This document shows positions 9,472 through 17,357 of a stretch of 64,000 nucleotides of DNA, one piece after another. Every line of letters starts with the position of its first letter. Positions within the stretch are counted from its first letter, which is position 1. The position numbers and the translations under genes were made by a program. A model generated the notes under the pieces. That model had not been told where the DNA came from. It did not search any database and saw only the letters and a program-made list of their open reading frames with translations. Origin of the DNA: Cytophagales bacterium. Lineage in GTDB: Bacteria; Bacteroidota; Bacteroidia; Cytophagales; Spirosomataceae. The DNA lies in contig RDXN01000049.1 in NCBI GenBank assembly GCA_004292855.1, positions 21,760 to 85,759 of the forward strand. Reading direction: 5' to 3'.

Positions 9472-10446
9472 TTATTTGCTCCGCTCAATTGTGTACTGTA
9501 CTAGCTGCTCAAGCGAAGTCCGGTAGACCGACTCGGGGAAGGTGTGCAGGATGGTTTGGGCCTCGTCGACGTAGTGTTGCATGGCTTCGGTGGCATATTC
9601 GATGCCGCCCGACCCCTTCACAAAAGCAATGACCTCGGCCACTTTTTTGGGGTTCTGGCTCTCATTCTTGACAATGTTGATCATCCGACGTTTCTCGAAG
9701 AACTCGGCCCGGCGAAGGGCGTAGATGAGCGGGAGAGTCATTTTTTTCTCTTTAATGTCGATACCGAGCGGCTTGCCCACCTCGGCAGTGCCATAGTCGA
9801 AAAGGTCGTCTTTGATCTGAAAGGCGATGCCCACTTTCTCGCCAAATAGGCGGGCTTTTTCGACCGTTTCGGGAACGGCCCCGGCAGAGCGGGCACCTAC
9901 CGCGCAACAGGCAGCAATGAGCGAGGCCGTTTTCTGGCGGATAATCTCGTAATAAACGTCCTCGGTGATGTCGAGTCGGCGGGCTTTTTCAATTTGCAGT
10001 AGTTCGCCCTCGCTGATCTCGCGCACGGCCCGCGACACGAGTTGGAGCAGGTCGTAATCGCCATTGTCGACCGAGAGCAGCAACCCTCGCGAGAGGAGGT
10101 AGTCGCCCACCAAAACGGCGACTTTGTTTTTCCAGAGGGCGTTGATGGAGAAAAAGCCGCGCCGGTAGTTTGAGTCGTCTACCACGTCGTCGTGGACGAG
10201 GGTGGCCGTATGGAGAAGTTCAATCAGGGATGCTCCGCGATACGTGCCCTCGGTGATGCTGCCGCAAATGCCCGCCGACAGAAAGACGAACATGGGCCGG
10301 AGTTGCTTGCCTTTCCGCTTCACGATATAACTCATGATTTGGTCGAGCAGCATCACGTCGCTCTTCATCAGGTCCCGAAACTTGCGCTCGAACAACTGCA
10401 TTTCGTCGGCAATCGGGGCTTGTATGGCGGCAACGGATAGGGGCAT
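9472..10446 (-). CDS. polyprenyl diphosphate synthase (trans-IPPS, octaprenyl/solanesyl type)
   Basis: first DDxxD motif LVHDDVVDD and second KDDLFD; start trimmed to MPLSVAAIQ. Confidence 0.85.
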   Translation of the reverse strand: MPLSVAAIQAPIADEMQLFERKFRDLMKSDVMLLDQIMSYIVKRKGKQLRPMFVFLSAGICGSITEGTYRGASLIELLHTATLVHDDVVDDSNYRRGFFSINALWKNKVAVLVGDYLLSRGLLLSVDNGDYDLLQLVSRAVREISEGELLQIEKARRLDITEDVYYEIIRQKTASLIAACCAVGARSAGAVPETVEKARLFGEKVGIAFQIKDDLFDYGTAEVGKPLGIDIKEKKMTLPLIYALRRAEFFEKRRMINIVKNESQNPKKVAEVIAFVKGSGGIEYATEAMQHYVDEAQTILHTFPESVYRTSLEQLVQYTIERSK

Positions 10447-10526
10447 CAGAAAACTTTTTGGCAATATTACGGCGACAACTGTTCGCCCCAAAGCTACTGG
10501 CGAAAAAGTAGACCTGAAGGGGTAAA

Positions 10527-11663
10527 TTGCGATCCATTATGAAAAAATTAGCGTACATAGATGCCTTGCGCGGGCTGGCGATCCTGGGCGTAGTGATGGT
10601 CCACACCAATCAGTACGGTCATTTGAACTTACCGTGGGGCATTGAGAAAATCGTTTGGAAAGGAGGGCGTGGAGTTCAATTGTTCTTTCTGGCAAGTGCA
10701 TTTACCCTGTTTTTGTCGTACGGTAATCGGCTGGCGAAGGAGACAAGGCCGGTACGAAACTTCTTTATCCGACGCTATTTTCGCATTGCACCCATGTACT
10801 ATTTAGGGGTGCTTTACTACCTGTTCCAGGATGGGTTTGGCCCTCGCTATTGGCTGGGCGACGAACCAGGCATCACAGGGGTCAACGTTTTATCGAACTT
10901 CCTGTTTGTGAACGGTTTTAACCCGTATTGGTTTAGCAGCATTGTGCATGGAGGGTGGTCTATCGCGGTCGAGATGTTGTTTTACGCGCTGGTGCCGTTT
11001 CTGTTTTCGCGTATGAAGAACCCTCGGCAAGTGTTAGTATTTTTTGGACTATCGCTGGGGATTAGATTGGGGCTTCAACTGTTGTTTGAAACATACCCGC
11101 TCATTGCGCACGCCAAACTGTGGGAGGAATACCTGTCGCTGTATTTTCCGGCGCAACTCCCCGTATTCGCGCTGGGGATTCTGCTCTATTTCGTCGTTCG
11201 TGATGAACCGGCCCTACTCCGGCGCGTGTCGGGCAAATGGTTACTGCTGGCTAGTGTCGTTTTGTTAGCTCTGCTTGTCAACGGCGACCGGCTGGCGTTG
11301 CCCAATTTTGTGTCTCTTATTCTACCCGACCACGTTTTGTTCGGGGTCGCCTTTTTTCTGCTCGCCTTAGGCCTAAGTCGCTACCCGTGGCCGTTACTCG
11401 TGAACCCGGTCACGACGCATCTCGGCAAGATCAGTTTCAGCCTGTATCTGGTCCATTTTGGGGTCTTGTACTGGCTCGAACGATTCAACCTGACTGACTA
11501 TTTCTATAACGCTACCTTGGACTACGGCCTCCGACTCGTATTGGTGCTGTTGCTCGGTGGGTTGCTCTCCACGGCTTTCTATCACTTTGTCGAAGTACCT
11601 GGGCAAAGGTTAGGGAGCCGGTTGATTAAGCGGCTGGAGCGAAAAGAGGTAGTGGCAGTTTAG
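10527..11663 (+). CDS. acyltransferase family 3 (OatA-like) membrane protein
   Basis: N-term YIDALRGLAILGVVMVH signature, about 10 TM helices. Confidence 0.8.
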   Translation: MRSIMKKLAYIDALRGLAILGVVMVHTNQYGHLNLPWGIEKIVWKGGRGVQLFFLASAFTLFLSYGNRLAKETRPVRNFFIRRYFRIAPMYYLGVLYYLFQDGFGPRYWLGDEPGITGVNVLSNFLFVNGFNPYWFSSIVHGGWSIAVEMLFYALVPFLFSRMKNPRQVLVFFGLSLGIRLGLQLLFETYPLIAHAKLWEEYLSLYFPAQLPVFALGILLYFVVRDEPALLRRVSGKWLLLASVVLLALLVNGDRLALPNFVSLILPDHVLFGVAFFLLALGLSRYPWPLLVNPVTTHLGKISFSLYLVHFGVLYWLERFNLTDYFYNATLDYGLRLVLVLLLGGLLSTAFYHFVEVPGQRLGSRLIKRLERKEVVAV

Positions 11664-11827
11664 CCCCATCGGGGCGGCATGTTAATAGAAAACAAACGGT
11701 TTATTTGCAGTTAAAGCCCCATCGGGGCGGTATGTCCAGAGGTCGCACAATAACATATCGCCCCGATGGGGCTTTGGTGCGCGTTGTTGAGCCGTTTTCT
11801 ATTGACATGCCGCCCCGATGGGGCTAA
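11661..11827. repeat. nested palindromic repeat block (4 copies of GCCCCATCGGGGCG core), bidirectional terminator candidate
   Basis: outer arms 11661-11702 / 11790-11827 and inner arms 11713-11736 / 11752-11776 are reverse complements; block overlaps the stop codons of both convergent genes. Confidence 0.8.
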
Positions 11828-12774
11828 ACCGCGTGGCCAATGCGCTCTTTTAGTTCTTTCAGGCGGGTGCGTTGCATGACAAACTCGGTTTTGCCGTCGG
11901 TCAGGCGGACGATGTATTTGTCGTTTTCCCAGAACGAATAGTTTTTCAAATACGCCAAATTGAGCAGCACCGAACGGTTGATTCGATAGAATTGCGCGGG
12001 ATTGAGTTCGGCTTCGAGTTCGCTCAGGGTTTTGCGGAGTTGAACGGTACGGCCCGCCGTGTAGGCCAAATAGTTCTTGTTCTCTACTTCAATGTACCAA
12101 ATGTCCGTGACGGGCACGAGGGTTTCGCCTTCGTTGTCGGTAGCCTCTACGTGTGTTGGATACAGCGGGACAGGGCCGGACGGTGTTTCTGCTGAGGTTA
12201 CAGGTTTGCGGGCGTCGAGATTGTTTTTGAGGGCAGCTAGTTGGCGTTCCTGATAATCCTTGTAATCGAGAAAGAGGTTGACGTTCACGAATCCGTAGCC
12301 CACAATCAGGAACGGCAGGAAATAGTTGGCGAACATCGATCCTGTAAAGAAATATGAGGGAAAATACGAGTCCCACGAGTAGTTGGGGTAGAACACGGCG
12401 AGGTAGCGGAGGGTATTTGTGATGGGGCCAAACACCAGAATACACACGCAAAAAATGGGCAAAAACAGCAACTCGTATCGTACAACGGCCCCCAACGTTG
12501 GCTGGATCGAGCGGATATTCAGCACGCGCAAAAACCAGAGCGTGAGCTGCACAAAGATGAAGACGGAGAGCAGCTCGAACAGGTAGTAATACCCGAACAG
12601 CATTTTGAAATAATGCCACACGTTGCCCTGCAACAAGGGGGCGAAATCGCTGCCTTCGCTACGCTGGAGGGTCATGAGTTGGTAGAGGAAAATACCAACA
12701 AGCGTGAACAGAAGAAAGCGTTTCCACTGGCGTTTTGTGCGGAAGGTAAGCGGGATGGGCGGGGCCTCGGTCAT
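11824..12774 (-). CDS. membrane-anchored LytTR-family DNA-binding protein (one-component)
   Basis: N-terminal ~200 aa of TM helices, C-terminal LytTR domain (IWYIEVENKNYLAYTAGRTVQLRKTLSELEAEL...FYRINRSVLLNLAYL). Confidence 0.75.
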   Translation of the reverse strand: MTEAPPIPLTFRTKRQWKRFLLFTLVGIFLYQLMTLQRSEGSDFAPLLQGNVWHYFKMLFGYYYLFELLSVFIFVQLTLWFLRVLNIRSIQPTLGAVVRYELLFLPIFCVCILVFGPITNTLRYLAVFYPNYSWDSYFPSYFFTGSMFANYFLPFLIVGYGFVNVNLFLDYKDYQERQLAALKNNLDARKPVTSAETPSGPVPLYPTHVEATDNEGETLVPVTDIWYIEVENKNYLAYTAGRTVQLRKTLSELEAELNPAQFYRINRSVLLNLAYLKNYSFWENDKYIVRLTDGKTEFVMQRTRLKELKERIGHAV

Positions 12775-12983
12775 GCGGGGATTGGGCGTTGCGTATGCGA
12801 AGGTAAAACGGGGCCGTATTTCGGGCAAGTTTGAGGGCATTTCGCGCCCGAAAGTCGGCGAAACCCCCCTATTTCGGCGTGTAAAGGCCGTATTTGGGGC
12901 AACGGTTCTTGCACCGCCCAACACTCCCGACGTAGGTTTGCATCGTCGGAAACGAACAACGCCGACCCCAAACGAACAACGCC

Positions 12984-13895
12984 ATGAGCCTCGTCAAACT
13001 CGCCCTCCTCACGCTGATCGCCTACAGCCTGACCGTTTTTTTCGTCCACGCCCAAACCGCTCCCGTCGGTAGCGTCGGTTTGTTGACCGGGCGTATTCAG
13101 AGCACCGACAACCAACCGCTTGCCTACGTGAGCATCGGTATTCCCGGCACGCCTGTGGGTACAGTCTCGACCGAAGCAGGCACGTTCTCACTCACCCTCA
13201 AACCCGAAACCGCCCCCACAGACTCCGTACGGTTTAGTATACTTGGTTATGCACCACTAACGCTCACGGTAGCCAGTTTGCGTCAGCGGCTCGAAACAGG
13301 TCAGGCCCTTTCGCTGACCGAAACAGCCCGGCAACTGGCTGAGGTTCGGATCAAACCTGTGCCGGGCAAAACTATTGGCAACCAACGCGTAGCAACCAAC
13401 ATGAACACGAACCTGATGCTCAACAGTCAGCCCAGCCAAAATCTTGGTTCGGAGGTGGGTCGGCGGTTCAACTTGCCGGGCCGCACGGTTCGCCTGACTC
13501 AATACCGCGCTTATGTAGAGAGTAATTTCGAGGGAGTTACCCTACGCATTAACGTCTACGAGGCCCGGTCCATGAAACCCCTGCTAAACCGGAACGTGTA
13601 CGTGAAAATTACGGGTAAGCACAGCAATTGGATTGAAGTGGATCTGGAACCGCTCAATCTGGTAGCCGAGGGCGACGTGGTGGCGAGTGTACAATGGGTT
13701 GATAGTGAGGGCAAAGGATCGTATCTGGGTCTGCCCATTCAGATGCCCGCTTTTGCCACGCATATGTATAAATACGGTAGCCAAAACAAGTGGAAAACGT
13801 TCCGGGGTATGAGTACCGCCATGACGCTCGCCTTCTCACCCGTCGACAAGGACGACGTTAACGCTGGCCCTGAATCGCTGACGCTGGCTAAATAA
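12984..13895 (+). CDS. secreted CarboxypepD_reg-like domain protein
   Basis: signal peptide; carboxypeptidase-regulatory-like beta-sandwich motif (GRIQSTDNQPLAYVSIGIPGT..TEAGTFSL); divergent from LytTR gene. Confidence 0.55.
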   Translation: MSLVKLALLTLIAYSLTVFFVHAQTAPVGSVGLLTGRIQSTDNQPLAYVSIGIPGTPVGTVSTEAGTFSLTLKPETAPTDSVRFSILGYAPLTLTVASLRQRLETGQALSLTETARQLAEVRIKPVPGKTIGNQRVATNMNTNLMLNSQPSQNLGSEVGRRFNLPGRTVRLTQYRAYVESNFEGVTLRINVYEARSMKPLLNRNVYVKITGKHSNWIEVDLEPLNLVAEGDVVASVQWVDSEGKGSYLGLPIQMPAFATHMYKYGSQNKWKTFRGMSTAMTLAFSPVDKDDVNAGPESLTLAK

Positions 13896-13919
13896 GTTCA
13901 CGAAAAACACTCTCCTGTC

Positions 13920-14741
13920 ATGAAATCGCCCCTTCTCATCATCCTCGTTATCATTAGCACCACTGCCCTAGGTTATGCCGGTCGCCAACCGATCATGGCC
14001 GCCCTCGGCGTCGACACCACGACAACGTTCACGATCTGGCAATACACCGCCTACCGGGGGTTCTGGAATTTGTTGCTACCGGCTCTGGTGCTTGCCCTGC
14101 TCCACGGCCCGCGCCGGGTGTTCGACGAACTCGGCTGGAATGCCCCGGTACTGAAGGGATTGCTGGCGGGCTTCGTCATCACGTTGCCCATGCTGGTTGG
14201 GTTTGCGATTATGTTCGCGCCCGTTGATATGCCGTTGAACAAGATTTTGCTCAAATTTTACACCGGCTCGTTTTGGGCCGGACTAGCCGAAGAGACCTTC
14301 TACCGGGCGTTTTTGTTCGGGCAGTTGTACCGGCACGGGCGGGTTCCGTTCTGGTTGGCAGCCACCGCGCAGGGTCTTTTCTTTGGAATGGCTCACTTGT
14401 ATCAGGCGCAGGACATCCTACCCGCGCTCGGCATTTTTGCTATCACCTCAATGGGGGGCGTTTGGTTCGCATGGCTTTGGGTGAGCTGGCGCAATTTGTG
14501 GGTGCCGGTGGTAGTCCACATCCTGATGAACGCGTGGTGGGGCCTGTTCGCCGTCGACAATACGGCCCTGGGCGGATGGGTGGCCAACGGGTGCCGCGTG
14601 CTGACCATCGCGTTGTCGATCTGGCTCACGATCCGCGAACTTCGGAAGCAAGGCCGGACTGCGTGGGTGTGGCGCGAAGCAGTGCCTGCCAGCCCTCGTA
14701 TGCCCGATGCGCGGCTTCAGACTGCTCATCCGGTTCTATAA
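13920..14741 (+). CDS. CPBP family intramembrane metalloprotease (CAAX protease/Abi)
   Basis: EExxxR motif (GLAEETFYRAFLFG), FxxxH (FFGMAHLY), and second H (VVVHILMNAWWG). Confidence 0.75.
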   Translation: MKSPLLIILVIISTTALGYAGRQPIMAALGVDTTTTFTIWQYTAYRGFWNLLLPALVLALLHGPRRVFDELGWNAPVLKGLLAGFVITLPMLVGFAIMFAPVDMPLNKILLKFYTGSFWAGLAEETFYRAFLFGQLYRHGRVPFWLAATAQGLFFGMAHLYQAQDILPALGIFAITSMGGVWFAWLWVSWRNLWVPVVVHILMNAWWGLFAVDNTALGGWVANGCRVLTIALSIWLTIRELRKQGRTAWVWREAVPASPRMPDARLQTAHPVL

Positions 14742-16156
14742 TCCGCTCGTGATGAATGAGTCGGTGCAGGTGGGCTAGATCTGTAAAAAGGCCCGCCTGC
14801 AAACCAGCCAAGAACCCGGCTCCCTGCGCCGACACATCGGGGTTGCCCTGATTCACAACCCGTTTTCCCATCAAGTCGGCTAGAAATTGCAACACGAACC
14901 CGTTACTTGTGATGCCGCCATTCACCATTAGTTCGGACAGCGACACGCCCGTATCACCTTCCATTGCCACAATCACGTCCTTGATCTGGTACACAATCGA
15001 CTCCAAAGCCGCCCGCACAAGGTGGCTTTTGGTCGTTCCGAAGGTCAAGCCGTGTACCGATGCCCGGCGGTCCATTTGCCAATGGGGCGCACCCAATCCG
15101 CTGAAGGCTGGTACGAGATACACGCCCCCGTTGTCGGGCAGGGCGTGGGCTAGGGCTTCGGTTTCGTGGCTTTCGGCAAACAGGTCGAGCGCGTTTTTGA
15201 GCCATTCGACGGTGGCCCCGCACGAGACAATCACCCCTTCGAGGGCGTAATCAACCGAGGGGCGGTCCCGCCCGTCTTCCCGGCTCCAGCCAATCGTCGT
15301 CACCATGCCCCGCCCCCACTGGCTTTGGGCCGATGTTCATCAAAATAGAACAGCCCGTGCCGAGCGTAGCTTTGGCCGAACCGGGCGCAAAACAACCCTC
15401 GCCAATCAGGGCCGCGTGCGAGTCGCCGATCATGGCCCCGATAGGCAACGGGCGGTCGAGCAGTCCACCAAACGTTGTTTCACCAAAATAGGCCGACGAT
15501 GACTTGATTTCAGGCAGGTTCAGCCCCGTCAGGCCAAAGCGGTCGAGCAGGTCGGTGTCCCAGGAAAGCGTTTCGAGATTGAAAAACAGGGTTCGCGACG
15601 CGTTGGTGTGGTCGGTGGCGTAACTCGCGCCGTTTGTGAGTCGGTACAACAACCACGTGTCGACCGTACCAAAAAAAGCGTCACCCGCTCGAATGGTCTC
15701 ACCCACTGTCGGGACGTTTTCGGCCAACCAAATGAGTTTGGTTCCCGAAAAGTAAGGGTCGATAAACAGGCCGGTGCGCTGCCGTACAAGTGGCTCAAGG
15801 CCCTCGTTTTTAAGTCGTTCACAAATGGCAATGGAACGTTTGCACTGCCAGATAACGGCCCTGTGCAGGGGTTGGTCCGCCCGGTTCCAGACCACGAACG
15901 TTTCGCGCTGATTCGAGATACCCCCCACATGCAAGTCGGCCACATTGCCCCCACCCGCTCTGAACGCACTCAGGCATTCGCGCACCGAATCGACAACGGT
16001 CTGGTAAATGCCGTCGGGGTCTTGCTCCACGAAACCTTCACCAAAATAATGAGTCGTGAGCGGCACCGAGGCCCGGCAAACCACGTGCCCGTTTTTGTCC
16101 AGAATGAGCGTTTTGGTGCTGCTCGTACCCTGGTCGATGGAAAGGATATAATTCAT
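14626..16156 (-). pseudogene. glpK: glycerol-kinase-like FGGY carbohydrate kinase, frameshifted
   Basis: N-part (15251..16156) and C-part (14626..15306) are in different frames; GlpK motifs DQGTSSTK, NQRETFVVW, DPYFSGTK, GTVDTWLLYRLT, TDHTNASRT; junction in GCCCCGCCCCCAC run at 15307-15319. Confidence 0.8.
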
Positions 16157-16167
16157 TGGCTTTAAAA

Positions 16168-16279
16168 TAACCGTTGAAGCCAACGGCAATGGATAAAAAG
16201 TCCCTGCGGGACTGCGCTGATCTAGTTTTGCAGTCCCGCAGGGACTTTCCACATATTGCCGTTGACTTCAGTCAACGGT
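16168..16279. terminator. triple-hairpin element; central perfect 19-bp stem followed (minus-strand RNA) by UUUUUAU
   Basis: AAAGTCCCTGCGGGACTGC / GCAGTCCCGCAGGGACTTT at 16196-16247, flanked by CCGTTGAAGCCAACGG and CCGTTGACTTCAGTCAACGG hairpins. Confidence 0.6.
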
Positions 16280-17243
16280 TCCTAGAGCTAGCTTTGTCAA
16301 TAATCACGGCCAACAAAATCACCCCTCCTTTAACCACCTGTTGCCAGAATGGCGAGACATTGAGCAGAACCAGCCCGTTGTTCAGTACACCGATGATGAT
16401 GGCCCCTTGCACCGTACCCAACACACTCCCACGCCCGCCCGACAGCGAGGTGCCGCCGATAACGACAGCCGCGATGGAGTCGAGTTCGTAGCTCGTGCCC
16501 GCGTTCGGTTGGGCCGAGTCGAGCCGCGCCGTGACCAGCAGGCCCCCCACGGCCCCCCACGCCCCGGCAATGAGACCGTACGTTTCACCCCTTCCACGTT
16601 GACGCCGGACAACCGGGCCGCACTCTCACTGCCCCCAATGGCGTAGATGTAGCGACCCAGCCGGGTTTTATCGGTCAGGAAAACGGCACTGGCCACCACC
16701 ACCGACATCCAAACCGGCACCGGAATACCCAGCAGCCAGCCCGTGCCGAGGTAAGTGAACGAATCGCCGAGGCCCGTGATTGGAAAACCGCCTGTCCAGA
16801 GCATCGTCAGGCCTCGCGCGATGGTCAGCATGGCGAGCGTTGCCACAAACGGTGGCAGGTTGAACCGAGTGATGGCCCAGCCGTTGAACCAGCCTAGCGC
16901 AGAGCCGGTGAGCAGCCCCGCCAACATGGCCCCCAGCAGGGTGAAGCCGATGAACAAATCGGCGTTTTCGAGCGGGATGCCATTGCGGAACAGGCCCGCC
17001 GTGATGGCCCCCGCCAACGCCAGCACCGACCCCACCGATAGGTCAATGCCGGCAGTAAGCACCACGAGCGTCATGCCGGTCGAGATACAAACGTTGACCG
17101 AAATTTGTCGCAGGACGTTCCATAAGTTATTTACAGTCAGAAACTTATTTGACAACAGGCTAATGCCTAGGCAAAGCACAAACAACGCAATGAGCGACTG
17201 AAAGCGGGCCAGTGAGGGTTTAGGAGAGAGAGTTAGTTGCATA
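16272..17243 (-). pseudogene. rbsC: ribose-type ABC transporter permease (RbsC family), disrupted by frameshift/deletion
   Basis: N-part (to about 16590) and C-part (16272..16550) are in different frames; the conserved ...[11 protein letters not shown] and [51 protein letters not shown] segments overlap at the junction. Confidence 0.8.
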
Positions 17244-17250
17244 GTGATGT

Positions 17251-17357
17251 ATTGAGTGATTGAGCGAATGACGGTCCGCCGTCGCGGTGATTGAGTGAAC
17301 CATCCGGCAGACACTCAATCACCGCGACGGCGGACCGTCAATCGCTCAATCACTCAT
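17251..17357. repeat. 45-bp inverted repeat (one mismatch), 15-nt loop, between rbsA and rbsC
   Basis: TGAGTGATTGAGCGAATGACGGTCCGCCGTCGCGGTGATTGAGTG / CACTCAATCACCGCGACGGCGGACCGTCAATCGCTCAATCACTCA; right arm overlaps the last codons of rbsA. Confidence 0.9.

Noticed and set aside
12089-12619. 176-aa minus-strand ORF overlapping the LytTR gene in another frame
   Set aside because: Arg/Pro-rich low-complexity overlap ORF with no motif. The LytTR frame carries the recognisable domains.
16382-17314. Treating the 310-aa ORF as an intact permease
   Set aside because: Its last ~70 residues ([19 protein letters not shown]...) are off-frame nonsense, and the genuine conserved C-terminus is encoded by 16272..16550 in another frame. 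The N-terminal 24 aa also overlap the 45-bp hairpin; the true start is MQLTLSP at about 17243.
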